Origin: an uncultured Candidatus Saccharibacteria bacterium
Lineage (GTDB): Bacteria; Patescibacteriota; Saccharimonadia; Saccharimonadales; Saccharimonadaceae
Direction: 5' to 3'
Assembly: GCA_964365665.1 (NCBI GenBank)
Contig: CAYIQY010000001.1
Coordinates: 1-50,971, forward strand
DNA: 50,971 nucleotides
Position 1 is the first letter of the stretch. Every line of letters begins with the position of its first letter. This document shows positions 32,806 to 41,739 of this stretch, one piece after another. The notes beneath the pieces were generated by a model that was not told where the DNA came from, did no database searches, and worked only from the letters and a program-made list of their open reading frames with translations. Made by a program: the position numbers and the translations under genes.

Positions 32806-34182
32806 TTATTTGTATTCCCAAACAGTGCCATGTGCCGTATCTCGTACGACGATGTTTTCCTTGGCGAGTTGATCACGGAGCTCGTCTGACTTATTCCAGT
32901 CTTTTGCTTCGCGGGCCTGCTCACGTTTGCGGATTAGGGCTTTTTGTTCGTCATTAATGTCATAGTCCAGCAGATCAATTCCTAAGCTATCACGAACAGT
33001 GAGGAGTGTTTCTCGTGATGGCATGGCACCGGCAGCTTCGATTTGGTTAAAATACGCATCAATCTTTGCGATGGCATCAGGGGTGTCGAGATCATTTCGA
33101 AGTGATTCCAATATCTCTTCTGAAATATCCGGCTGATCATTTGTCAGTACTTCAAGCTGCCATCTGCGATTGAACATCGCGCGCCAGTTGTTCAGGTGGT
33201 TCTGGGCGGCTTCGAGGATTTCCCAAGTAAAGTTCCCCTCGGTACGATAGTGTTTACTGAGCACTAATAATTTGAAAGCTTGCAGGTCGTAACCTTTGTC
33301 TTTGATATCCTGCAATGTATATATATTGCCCAGACTTTTACTCATTTTAGTTCCGTCTACTTTGATGTGGTTGGCGTGTAACCAAATATTACTGAAGCGT
33401 TTGCCGGTGACGGCTTCTGTCTGCGCGATTTCATTCGTGTGGTGAACCGGGATGTGGTCGATACCCCCGGTATGGATGTCTATTTGATCACCTAATAACT
33501 CACGAGCCATGACGCTGCATTCAAGGTGCCAGCCTGGGAACCCTGTACCCCATGGACTACCCCATTCCATATCTCGGTTTTCGGCGGGGTCAGAGAATTT
33601 CCATACTGCGAAGTCGGTCGGGTTCTTTTTGCCGGTGTCCGCGACGCGGGCGCCAAACTGCAATCCTTTTATGTCTAAACGAGCAAGTTTGCCATAGTCG
33701 GTCAGCTTGCTGGTATCGAAGTACACACCGTCTGTAATGGTGTATGTAAACCCCTTGGCTTCAAGCTCTTTCACAAAATCAATCTGTTGGGGAATGTATT
33801 CGGTAGCGCGCGGCATATGGTCGGGGCGGACAAGTCCCAGCTGGTTGTAGGCTTCATCATCGGCGATAGCTATATATTTGTCGGCGACTTGCCACGCGGT
33901 CATACCCTCACTGAGAGCACCCTTGAGCATCTTGTCTTCACCGGCATCTTCGTCGCTTGTCAGGTGACCAACATCGGTGATGTTCTGTACACGATTAACC
34001 TCATAACCGCTGGCGCGTAACGTACGAACCAAGACATCCCAATAGATATAACTGACCCAGTTACCGATATGCGGTTGGCTATAAACCGTCAGGCCGCATG
34101 TGTATATGCTCACCTTGTTATCGTCGAGCGGTTTCAACTCGTCGGTGTTTCTCGTCAGCGTGTTATGAAGTTTGATTGTCAT
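32806..34182 (-). CDS. cysS: cysteine--tRNA ligase
   Basis: HIGN motif (QPHIGNW) and KMSKS motif (TKMSKSLGN). 458 aa. Confidence 0.95.
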   Translation of the reverse strand: MTIKLHNTLTRNTDELKPLDDNKVSIYTCGLTVYSQPHIGNWVSYIYWDVLVRTLRASGYEVNRVQNITDVGHLTSDEDAGEDKMLKGALSEGMTAWQVADKYIAIADDEAYNQLGLVRPDHMPRATEYIPQQIDFVKELEAKGFTYTITDGVYFDTSKLTDYGKLARLDIKGLQFGARVADTGKKNPTDFAVWKFSDPAENRDMEWGSPWGTGFPGWHLECSVMARELLGDQIDIHTGGIDHIPVHHTNEIAQTEAVTGKRFSNIWLHANHIKVDGTKMSKSLGNIYTLQDIKDKGYDLQAFKLLVLSKHYRTEGNFTWEILEAAQNHLNNWRAMFNRRWQLEVLTNDQPDISEEILESLRNDLDTPDAIAKIDAYFNQIEAAGAMPSRETLLTVRDSLGIDLLDYDINDEQKALIRKREQAREAKDWNKSDELRDQLAKENIVVRDTAHGTVWEYK

Positions 34183-34187
34183 ATTCT

Positions 34188-35177
34188 TTAGTTTTCTTCT
34201 TGATACATTCGTATGGCCTTGTCGGTAGCATCAATTAATTCTTTGACAATTGTATCGTAGTCTTCGTACGCACGAAAGCCAGATGCGTATTTGTGGCCGC
34301 CGCCGCCGAAAAACCCTGCGACTGTTTCGGCAATTGGGATATTGGCGCGCAGCTTGCCGGTGATTTTGCCGTCAGGGTATGTTTTGATCGCAACGCCGAT
34401 TTGAACACCTTCAACTAATCGCATTTCGTCGAGCACCAATACACTTGGGTTGTACTGATCACTGTATTTTTGGATATCTTCCCATGGGATGTGGACAATA
34501 GCTAGTTTGCCATCCAATAGATATTCGATACGGCCGATTAATTCGCCTTTGTAAGCCAAAATCTCTGGTGATTTCTTCATGAACTCACGGCGGCGTTCTT
34601 CGATGACGGAATTATGCGCGCCGAGTTCGGTCAATTTGCCCGCGACAAAAAAGGCATTCGGCGTGACATTTTGCGTTGTCAGCCCCAAGCTGTCACTCAT
34701 GATAGCGATCAACATATCTTCGGCCGCCTGCGCACTGATCGCCCAGCCGTTGTCGGACGCCAATTTGTAGATAATCTCGCTGGTCGCCACGGCATCTTCG
34801 CCTAGCATTGTGTGGTCGAACGTTAGGTTAGAATCGGTTGTATGATGGTCGATGACCAAAACCGGATGTGATTCCAGAAAGTGCCGTACACCAGACGTTT
34901 CGAGGACTTTGGTGATCAATACGTCAGCAGCAGTATCGACGATAATTGCCAGGTCAGCGCTTGTGTCAAAATCAGTCACTACCCTGTCCCATCCATTGAT
35001 ATAGCGCATATATTTGGGGATTTCAACGGGACAATACAGGACGATATCTTTGCCTAGGTCGCCCAGGATTTCTTCGAGCGCAAGCGAACTACCCAAACTA
35101 TCGCCGTCAGGGTTTTCGGCCTGAATGACAATTATTTTTTTGGCATCAGTAATCAGTTTGGTAGCGGTATTGTACAT
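34188..35177 (-). CDS. nrnA: DHH/DHHA1 phosphoesterase, NrnA-like oligoribonuclease/pAp phosphatase
   Basis: DGDSLGS, DTAAD, IDHH and DHHA1 GGGGHKYASG. TGaTACAAT lies 7 nt before the ATG. Confidence 0.75.
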   Translation of the reverse strand: MYNTATKLITDAKKIIVIQAENPDGDSLGSSLALEEILGDLGKDIVLYCPVEIPKYMRYINGWDRVVTDFDTSADLAIIVDTAADVLITKVLETSGVRHFLESHPVLVIDHHTTDSNLTFDHTMLGEDAVATSEIIYKLASDNGWAISAQAAEDMLIAIMSDSLGLTTQNVTPNAFFVAGKLTELGAHNSVIEERRREFMKKSPEILAYKGELIGRIEYLLDGKLAIVHIPWEDIQKYSDQYNPSVLVLDEMRLVEGVQIGVAIKTYPDGKITGKLRANIPIAETVAGFFGGGGHKYASGFRAYEDYDTIVKELIDATDKAIRMYQEEN

Positions 35178-35215
35178 TTAATCTATTGTATCAGAGGTAT
35201 CCCAGATAGAATACA

Positions 35216-35244
35216 TTGACAAATATAAGTAAAAGTAGTATAAA
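35216..35244 (+). promoter_or_regulatory. sigma70-like promoter of peptide cassette 1
   Basis: TTGACA (35216-35221), a 17-nt spacer, and TATAAA (35239-35244). Confidence 0.65.
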
Positions 35245-35323
35245 TTAAACATAACCTTTGGGTTACGTAAGATTGAAGGCTGATCCAAATTCACCAGTAC
35301 CACTTCCCTGAGAGAGTGATGAA

Positions 35324-35476
35324 ATGAATAACATCATACGTGTTGCTGTTGGAACACCAGTCGTCGTACTATTGGTTGGAGTGGCGGAAAAGTACCAGGA
35401 ACCAGTACTGTTGGTGCCTGCTGCCTGGATAACGGTAGTCGTTATACGTAGCGTTATCGCTGCCTTTCGCAAGTAG
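35324..35476 (+). CDS. small hydrophobic peptide 1 (50 aa: MNNIIRVAVGTPVVVLLVGVAEKYQEPVLLVPAAWITVVVIRSVIAAFRK)
   Basis: Own promoter and terminator, and predicted to have two hydrophobic helices. Not in the ORF track (under 60 aa). The antisense 69-aa ORF 35263..35472 lacks expression signals. Confidence 0.45.
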   Translation: MNNIIRVAVGTPVVVLLVGVAEKYQEPVLLVPAAWITVVVIRSVIAAFRK

Positions 35477-35510
35477 CACTGCCCGCCTACGGATCAAGCT
35501 TACACAGAAA

Positions 35511-35545
35511 GCCCCTCGCCTCACGGCAGGGGCTGATTCTTTTCT
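35511..35545 (+). terminator. rho-independent terminator of cassette 1
   Basis: GCCCCT(C)GCC/GGCAGGGGC stem with a UCAC loop, then TGATTCTTTTCT. Confidence 0.7.
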
Positions 35546-35551
35546 ATGACA

Positions 35552-35580
35552 TTGACAAATATAAGCATATGTAGTATAAT
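35552..35580 (+). promoter_or_regulatory. sigma70 consensus promoter of peptide cassette 2
   Basis: TTGACA (35552-35557), a 17-nt spacer, and TATAAT (35575-35580). The surrounding 30 nt are nearly identical to the cassette 1 promoter. Confidence 0.7.
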
Positions 35581-35637
35581 TAATTTATAGTCACAATCGT
35601 GGCTCGTAAGCCTGGTTCTATATTCAAGGAGAAGAAA

Positions 35638-35778
35638 ATGAAGACGAAAACGATCGTTGTGATCGTGCTCGTAATTCTGGCAGTGGCCTGCGTAGGCTGG
35701 GCACTTACCCCTGGCAATCACCAGGCGGGGTTCCTGGCAGCAATACCACTCTCCATCATCTGGGTGATGAATCAATAG
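35638..35778 (+). CDS. small hydrophobic peptide 2 (46 aa: MKTKTIVVIVLVILAVACVGWALTPGNHQAGFLAAIPLSIIWVMNQ)
   Basis: An AAGGAGA SD lies 7 nt upstream. Has its own promoter and terminator. The antisense 87-aa ORF looks spurious. Confidence 0.5.
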   Translation: MKTKTIVVIVLVILAVACVGWALTPGNHQAGFLAAIPLSIIWVMNQ

Positions 35779-35804
35779 GAACAAAGGATCAAGCTTACAC
35801 GGAA

Positions 35805-35836
35805 CCCCCGTCTTCGGATGGGGGTGATTCTTTTTT
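35805..35836 (+). terminator. rho-independent terminator of cassette 2
   Basis: CCCCCGTC/GATGGGGG stem with a UUCG loop, then TGATTCTTTTTT. Abuts the recR stop codon. Confidence 0.75.
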
Positions 35837-36449
35837 ACAGGAGTCGTCGGCCTTCGAGGGCGTGGGACAGTGTGATTTGATCGGCGTATTCCAGGTCGAC
35901 TCCAACAGGGATACCGCGAGCCAGACGAGACATCTTGACTTCAATACCGGCGTCTTGGATCTGGCGCTGCAAGAATAATGCTGTTGATTCGCCTTCGACA
36001 CTGGCATTGGTCGCGATAATCAGCTCGACGACTTTATCATCGGTCAGGCGTTTCATGAGTTCGGGAATATGTAATTGTTCGGGCGTGACGCCGTCAATCG
36101 GGCTGATTGCCCCACCTAATACATGATAGGTTCCGTGGAACTGCCCTGTTCGTTCCAATGACACGATATCAAGCGGTTCTTCGACGACGGCAATCGTCGT
36201 ACGATCCCGTGAAGGGTCGCTATATAGCGGCGATACGTCCTGATTGGCGTCGATCAATGCAAACGTTATTGGACATGATTTGACGCCTGTATGAAGCGCT
36301 GTCAGGCTATGCGCTAGCTTGTCGGTTACATTTGGTTGCGCCTTCAACAAATAATACGCATAGCGTTCTGCTGTGCGTGCTCCGACGCCTGGCAAGCGGC
36401 CAAGCTCGTCGATAACGTCGAGCAAAGCCTTGGGAAGAAGGCCGCTCAT
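35835..36449 (-). CDS. recR: recombination protein RecR (zinc-finger cysteines not conserved)
   Basis: N-terminal HhH LGRLPGVGARTAERYAYYLL. Toprim-like core (TIAVVEEPLDIVSLE, ELIIATNASVEGE). Confidence 0.85.
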   Translation of the reverse strand: MSGLLPKALLDVIDELGRLPGVGARTAERYAYYLLKAQPNVTDKLAHSLTALHTGVKSCPITFALIDANQDVSPLYSDPSRDRTTIAVVEEPLDIVSLERTGQFHGTYHVLGGAISPIDGVTPEQLHIPELMKRLTDDKVVELIIATNASVEGESTALFLQRQIQDAGIEVKMSRLARGIPVGVDLEYADQITLSHALEGRRLL

Positions 36450-36452
36450 AAA

Positions 36453-36755
36453 CTACAGTCCGAGGTTGCCTAGTCCGCCCATCAGCGGTTTCATTTTTTC
36501 TGCGGCGATTTCCTGGGCTTTTTGCATGCCATCTCGGATTGCGATTTCGATGTTGTTTTCCAGATCTTCGATGTCGTTCAGGTCAACATAATCAGGGTTG
36601 ATAGTCACCTTTTCGACTTTCAGTTCGCCGTTAATCGTGATTTCGACCGCTGGATCATCGTCCTCGCCACCAGCAACAACGACAACCTTTTGTTTTTTCA
36701 AATCTTTTTGCGCTTTACGCAAGTCATTTAGCATCTTCATTTGGTCAAAAGCCAT
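36453..36755 (-). CDS. ybaB: YbaB/EbfC family nucleoid-associated protein
   Basis: 100 aa. MLNDLRKAQKDLKK...ITINGELKVEKVTINPD...AIRDGMQKAQE. Shows the classic ybaB-recR linkage. Confidence 0.85.
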   Translation of the reverse strand: MAFDQMKMLNDLRKAQKDLKKQKVVVVAGGEDDDPAVEITINGELKVEKVTINPDYVDLNDIEDLENNIEIAIRDGMQKAQEIAAEKMKPLMGGLGNLGL

Positions 36756-36932
36756 ATTGGTTCTCCTTCATAATAGTACCCAGTTTTCTCTTTGGCACAT
36801 TTCGGGCGTTGCCCTGTGCTCCGATGCTCACGTACTTGTGCGTACGCTGCGCTTCGTTGCTCGGCCACCACTCCGAACTGCACTCAAAGAAAAAACTGCT
36901 TCGTTTCCTGATACAATCATACATTATTTTGT

Positions 36933-38378
36933 CTACTTTTTATAGATATAGAACCGATCGCTGTCTTTGCTGTCGTCGGTTGTGATGATCCGTTCGATAG
37001 TGGCGCCCGAAACATTGTTATGCGCGGCACGCGTAGCAGCAAATTCGCCACTTGCCGGTGCCGAGGACATGATAATCGGCGGATTCGTGTGGTCATAACT
37101 TGTCAGTGCAATATAAAACGGTTTTTCGTCAGGGCTGACGACAAGTTTGGTGATATTTTTTGCCTTTATGTGGTCGTTATACAGTGTGACATCATGACTA
37201 AAACTAGATGCCGTGACAGGGTCGTAACGATAACCGTCAAAATAGCGGTTAAGGCCTGACACCACCAACCCACCCACCAAAATCGTCAACGGAACAACTC
37301 CGACAAATCTGGCATATGGGTTGAGTGGGAATAGATTGTACCACGATCGCAGGAGATAGCTCAGTCCGCTTGCGAGGAGGAGTAGCAAAGGAACAAAGGT
37401 GACACTTGTATACGTCGGGTTGATGATGAGTACGGGTAGTAGCAAAATCACCCATGCGGTTAACGTATAACTTCGTGCCGTGTAGCGTATGGTAAATAGT
37501 TGCCATATACCGAGGAGAATCAGCGCGATTGATCCTAGTCCTAGAACGGGCGTCATGAGCGTGCCACTTTGCGGCCATATAAAGTTAAGATATTGTTGCG
37601 ACAATGTTTGCAGGTTTGCAATGATATTCGGCGGCCAGGTTGACGGTGCTCCGAGTAACTGAAGGCCTAAATTGGGATAACGGTAAATCAAATAGCCGAG
37701 AGGCGCCATTATGACGAGACTGAGGAGCGATAGAAGTGCCAGGTGGGTCCGTGGCATTCTCTTGAGGACATAGCGTACATGCGGATGTAACAGGCCTGCG
37801 CTACAAATCGCCAGTACGAGGTAAATGCTCAGCGGTGTGTAGAGACTCATTGGCATGACAATAAAAAACAGCAATTTCCAGAATCGTTTGTGACGCTGCG
37901 ATGTCGTGATCATTGTGGCGGTTAGCAGTAGCCAGATCGGCCACATGATGAATGTAATGCTGGCCATGCCAGATTGGGCAACATATAAAAACTGGCCGGT
38001 CGAAATCATAATGACGGTCGCCAGTAATGCGATATTCGGGCGGAACCAGCGTCGGAGTAACAGCACTGCGCCGATACCCGCAATGAACGCACAGACCATT
38101 GCTGAGTATTTGAACGCAAACAGACTCGGGCCGAACACATCCATTCTTATTCGCTGAGATGCGTAAAACGGCAGATTGGGAATCGCGAGTGTACTGAGGT
38201 CTTGTTTGTCGATGGCCGCCGTCCTCACAAAACTTGTGATCTCGCCTTGGCTTAGGCCACCCGGTACATACAAACCAGCCATGATCAAGAGGCCGATGAA
38301 TGTAAGGATAATGATGCCGTAACCGATTTGGTAACGGAAACGATAGGATAAAAAATTAGTAAAAAGCAGTTTTGCCAT
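36933..38378 (-). CDS. polytopic membrane protein, GT-C (ArnT/PMT-like) glycosyltransferase candidate
   Basis: 481 aa with about 11 TM and a soluble C-terminal domain. The family call rests on topology only. TGcTATAAT lies 8 nt before the ATG. Confidence 0.4.
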   Translation of the reverse strand: MAKLLFTNFLSYRFRYQIGYGIIILTFIGLLIMAGLYVPGGLSQGEITSFVRTAAIDKQDLSTLAIPNLPFYASQRIRMDVFGPSLFAFKYSAMVCAFIAGIGAVLLLRRWFRPNIALLATVIMISTGQFLYVAQSGMASITFIMWPIWLLLTATMITTSQRHKRFWKLLFFIVMPMSLYTPLSIYLVLAICSAGLLHPHVRYVLKRMPRTHLALLSLLSLVIMAPLGYLIYRYPNLGLQLLGAPSTWPPNIIANLQTLSQQYLNFIWPQSGTLMTPVLGLGSIALILLGIWQLFTIRYTARSYTLTAWVILLLPVLIINPTYTSVTFVPLLLLLASGLSYLLRSWYNLFPLNPYARFVGVVPLTILVGGLVVSGLNRYFDGYRYDPVTASSFSHDVTLYNDHIKAKNITKLVVSPDEKPFYIALTSYDHTNPPIIMSSAPASGEFAATRAAHNNVSGATIERIITTDDSKDSDRFYIYKK

Positions 38379-38408
38379 TTCGTTTTATTATAGCAGATAA
38401 AGGTTAAT

Positions 38409-38880
38409 GTACTTTGTGGCGCCAAAGTACCAAAGCGCCTTCCTTTTTACCGATAAAAGGAAGCAAAAACCTCGTGACGGCTTCCCTCCTCCGGGATGTA
38501 TTCGTCGAAAAAGTCGGTTGCTGCGGAATTCCCTTCGGGAAGTCACGGATATTGATTTTAGTTATTCATCCGTGACAGGTCCTCGCAAATGATTCCGACT
38601 TTTTCGCCTCACCCATCTCGGGTCGGTGCAGGGGTCACAGTTAATTGATTTTATTGTTTTCGTAGCCATTGTGACATCTGCAGAATCCGGATAAATTGAG
38701 GATTGCTTATTTGGCGTATCGAGGACTGTTTGAGCCCCTGATATGTCAGGGCGCGAGTTCCGCAGATACCCAATTAAGCAATTCGAAATTTTTACCGCGA
38801 TTCGAAGCCGTCACGAGGTTTTCGCTTCCTTTTATCGGTAAAAAGGAAGGCACTTTGGTTCTTTGGTGCCACAAAGAACA
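38409..38880 (-). ncRNA. large structured element, copy B (inverted relative to copy A)
   Basis: About 75-nt imperfect terminal inverted repeats (38411-38484 vs 38804-38880). Closing helix CCTCGTGACGGCTTC(38470-38484)/GAAGCCGTCACGAGG(38804-38818). The 48-nt block 38719-38766 is the exact reverse complement of 32383-32430. Confidence 0.5.
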
Positions 38881-38886
38881 TTGAGC

Positions 38887-40233
38887 TTATTCGTGTCGCT
38901 TGTCGAGTGACATAAATCGCAGTCGTTCTGGGTGGAAGTACAGTTCGATCTTGCCGGTTGGTCCGTTACGATGTTTAGCGATAATGATATCGGTGATATT
39001 TTCGCGGTCGGTGTCGGGGTTGTAATAGTTTTCGCGGTAGATAAACATGACGATGTCGGCATCTTGCTCGATTGACCCTGATTCACGCAGATCAGCCAGT
39101 TGCGGAATCTGCGGGCTACGCGATTCAACGCTACGTGACAACTGTGAAAGCGCGATGACTGGTACGTTCAGTTCACGTGCGAGCAGTTTCAACCCACGGC
39201 TGATCTCACTCACCTCTTGGACGCGATTGCCATCACTGCGGCCACTAGCCTGAATCAGCTGCAAGTAGTCAACTACCACCAGCCCTAGTGGTGCCTGGTG
39301 GGCTGCACGGCGGGCTTTGGTACGCATTTCCAGCACAGTCAGGCCTGGAGTGTCATCGATAAAGATCGGTGCTTCGGCCATCTCGCCTGATGCTTCGGAC
39401 AGTTTGCTGAAATCCTCGTCGCTGAGGTTGCCGGTACGGATATTCCAGGCATCGACACCACTGACATCAGCCAGCATACGGTCGATCAACTGTTCTTTGC
39501 TCATTTCCAGGCTAAAAAACAGCACGGATTGTTTATTCAGCGTGGCGACGTTATATGCCAGGTTGGTCACAAGTGCGGTTTTACCCATTGCTGGTCGCGC
39601 CGCGAGGATGATTAGGTCGCTGCGTTGCAGTCCGGCCGTCATGTTGTCCATGTCGCGGTAACCTGTTTTGACGCCGCGGAGGGCGCCTTTGTTGCGGTGC
39701 ATTTCTTCCAGACGGTCAAAACTTTCCAGCAGAATTGATTCAAGACTGGCCAAATCTTGTTTCAGGCTTTGGTCGCTGACTGAACACAGTTCGGCTTCGG
39801 CTCGTTCCAGTAGTTCTTGGACATTGAAATCTTCGTCATAACCGAGTTCCGAGATATCGCCGCTGGCTTTGATCAGACGCCGGCGGACGGCCTTTTGAGC
39901 GACCATATCTGCGTAGGTCGCACCATGGGCAGCGGTCGGAACGTAATTTGTCAGTTCGGTCAGGTATGCCGACCCTCCGATCATGTCCAAATGATCTTTC
40001 TTTTTCAATTCGTCGGTCAGCGTTAACAAATCAACAGGTTTGTGATGTTCATATAATCGCATCATGGCATCAAAGATCGTCGCATGACGTTTGTCATAAA
40101 AATCTCGGACAGTGACTAGTTCGGAGACATCAGCCAACACTTCCTCGTCAATCAATACCGCACCGATCAAACTCATCTCGGCATCGACATTTTGTGGGGG
40201 GATTTTGGCGTCTATGGACTTTTTAGCGCTCAT
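38887..40233 (-). CDS. dnaB: replicative DNA helicase DnaB
   Basis: 448 aa. PQNVDAEMSLIGAVL N-domain and Walker A ARPAMGKTA. RecA-like C-domain with LVVVDYLQL. Confidence 0.95.
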   Translation of the reverse strand: MSAKKSIDAKIPPQNVDAEMSLIGAVLIDEEVLADVSELVTVRDFYDKRHATIFDAMMRLYEHHKPVDLLTLTDELKKKDHLDMIGGSAYLTELTNYVPTAAHGATYADMVAQKAVRRRLIKASGDISELGYDEDFNVQELLERAEAELCSVSDQSLKQDLASLESILLESFDRLEEMHRNKGALRGVKTGYRDMDNMTAGLQRSDLIILAARPAMGKTALVTNLAYNVATLNKQSVLFFSLEMSKEQLIDRMLADVSGVDAWNIRTGNLSDEDFSKLSEASGEMAEAPIFIDDTPGLTVLEMRTKARRAAHQAPLGLVVVDYLQLIQASGRSDGNRVQEVSEISRGLKLLARELNVPVIALSQLSRSVESRSPQIPQLADLRESGSIEQDADIVMFIYRENYYNPDTDRENITDIIIAKHRNGPTGKIELYFHPERLRFMSLDKRHE

Positions 40234-41666
40234 ACGGCCTCTCCTGCTTCAGTTAACGGCACCTCTTGGCCTCCTCCCATCATAGCAGCTACTTTTGCAA
40301 GTTGCTCGTCTGCTGGTGGAGTGGCGGTGGGAACAGTGACGATCGTCAGGCTTTGGGTTCCGATTGCGGATAGCGCTTCGTGCAATTGTGCCTGATATTT
40401 TGCCTCGTCCAGTTTGGTCTTGTTGAATTTGAGTCCAGTATATAGTGTCAATGTGTCGCCGTCGAGTTGGTGGCCGCATTTGTTGAGGACACTGTGCAAC
40501 GCAAGTTGGTGTTTTTTGGTATGGGCAAGTAATTTTGCCCAGTCAAAATTTCCAGGAGTCGCAGGTTTTTTAGATGGTTTAGGAACTGGTTCGGCAGGTT
40601 GCTTTTTCGCTACCTTGGGAGGAACGACAGGCGGCAGCGGAACTTCAATCACGGCAATTGGTGGCGTGCTGACGCGAGCCGCAGCTGTTTTTGGTTTGAT
40701 CGCACCAACAAGTACTGTCAAGAGTTTCAATTGCGGTTGCGATGAACTGGTGACCGACAATAGCGAATCTAATAATGTGACTGACTGTGGTTGTTCGGCG
40801 AGTTGTTGGCGAACGGCACTAATCAACTGATCGGCGAGGACAGTCGGCTGGATGCCTTCTTGTTCGAGCGTATCTAGTTTGGTGATAACAGCTGATACAT
40901 CACGGTCGGCAACCGCTGTCAGTAGCGCGTCGACAGCCTCGGTCGGCGCTAGCCCTAGCGTCGTTTGCACCAGATCTAGCGTAATCCCCTCTTTGTCATC
41001 GGCAAAACTGGACAGTTGATCCAACAGGCTGATACTGTCGCGAAAGCTACCGTCGCCGCGGGTGGCGATGGCTGCCAGGGCATCATCACTGATTTTCAGC
41101 TTTTCCGCATCGGCGATCTTTCGGAGTTGCGTTATGAGATCAGTTGGGCTGATAGAGTGAAAGGCAAAATGTTGCGTACGGCTGATAATCGTCGCAGGAA
41201 CTTTGTGCAGATCAGTTGTCGCCAAGATGAATACGACATGGGCTGGTGGTTCTTCGAGGGTCTTCAACAGCGCATTAAATGCTTGTTTGGACAGCATATG
41301 CACCTCGTCGATGATGTAGACCTTTTTACTGGCGGCAATCGGTGCTAGCTGTACCTTGTCGCGCAGGTCGCGGACATCGTCGACACCGTTGTTACTGGCA
41401 GCATCGATCTCGATAATGTCCAGATGCGTATCTTCGCTGCCGTATGGCAACTGATTGATTTCGTGCGCCAAGATTCGGGCAATTGAGGTTTTGCCGACGC
41501 CACGCGGACCGGTCAACAGATAGGCATGCGCAACTTTACCCTGATCAATACTGCGGCGCAGTACATCAGTCACCTGCGACTGACCCACTACCTCGTCCAG
41601 TGACCGGCTACGATATTTGCGGTAGAGAGCGGTACGCCCCTCGCTTTTCTCCCCTTTTTTCTGCAT
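40230..41666 (-). CDS. dnaX: DNA polymerase III subunit gamma/tau
   Basis: Walker A GPRGVGKTS, IIDEVHMLS and SRTQHF (sensor). Has a 4-nt overlap with dnaB. Confidence 0.9.
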   Translation of the reverse strand: MQKKGEKSEGRTALYRKYRSRSLDEVVGQSQVTDVLRRSIDQGKVAHAYLLTGPRGVGKTSIARILAHEINQLPYGSEDTHLDIIEIDAASNNGVDDVRDLRDKVQLAPIAASKKVYIIDEVHMLSKQAFNALLKTLEEPPAHVVFILATTDLHKVPATIISRTQHFAFHSISPTDLITQLRKIADAEKLKISDDALAAIATRGDGSFRDSISLLDQLSSFADDKEGITLDLVQTTLGLAPTEAVDALLTAVADRDVSAVITKLDTLEQEGIQPTVLADQLISAVRQQLAEQPQSVTLLDSLLSVTSSSQPQLKLLTVLVGAIKPKTAAARVSTPPIAVIEVPLPPVVPPKVAKKQPAEPVPKPSKKPATPGNFDWAKLLAHTKKHQLALHSVLNKCGHQLDGDTLTLYTGLKFNKTKLDEAKYQAQLHEALSAIGTQSLTIVTVPTATPPADEQLAKVAAMMGGGQEVPLTEAGEAV

Positions 41667-41739
41667 AACTAATCCTATTGTACGCTGTTTTGCGTATGAG
41701 TGCGTTGTAGATTTGGCACCTACTGTGTAAAATCCATAT

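Noticed and set aside
32307-32957. Tracked ORFs 32307..32618 (+), 32476..32769 (-), 32491..32724 (+), 32630..32872 (+), 32721..32957 (+), and likewise 38407..38592, 38696..38884 and 38832..39128 around copy B.
   Set aside because: They overlap one another in several frames and lack SD or promoter signals. Their products are low-complexity or Arg/Cys-rich. They lie exactly on the hairpin-rich structured element or run into cysS and dnaB. Compensatory base changes between the two copies argue for selection on structure rather than on coding.
35263-35784. Minus-strand ORFs 35263..35472 (69 aa) and 35521..35784 (87 aa).
   Set aside because: No promoter or SD is present on the minus strand. The plus strand carries consensus promoters, an SD, short hydrophobic ORFs and terminators arranged as two repeated cassettes.
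36756-36932. A G+C-rich 177-nt gap upstream of ybaB that folds into a long imperfect hairpin. I considered SRP (ffs/scRNA) RNA, because ffs often neighbours dnaX-ybaB-recR.
   Set aside because: The apex loop is not GNRA, and the conserved domain IV motifs (GUCAGG, GGAAGCAGC) are absent on either strand. It may simply hold the ybaB promoter and leader.
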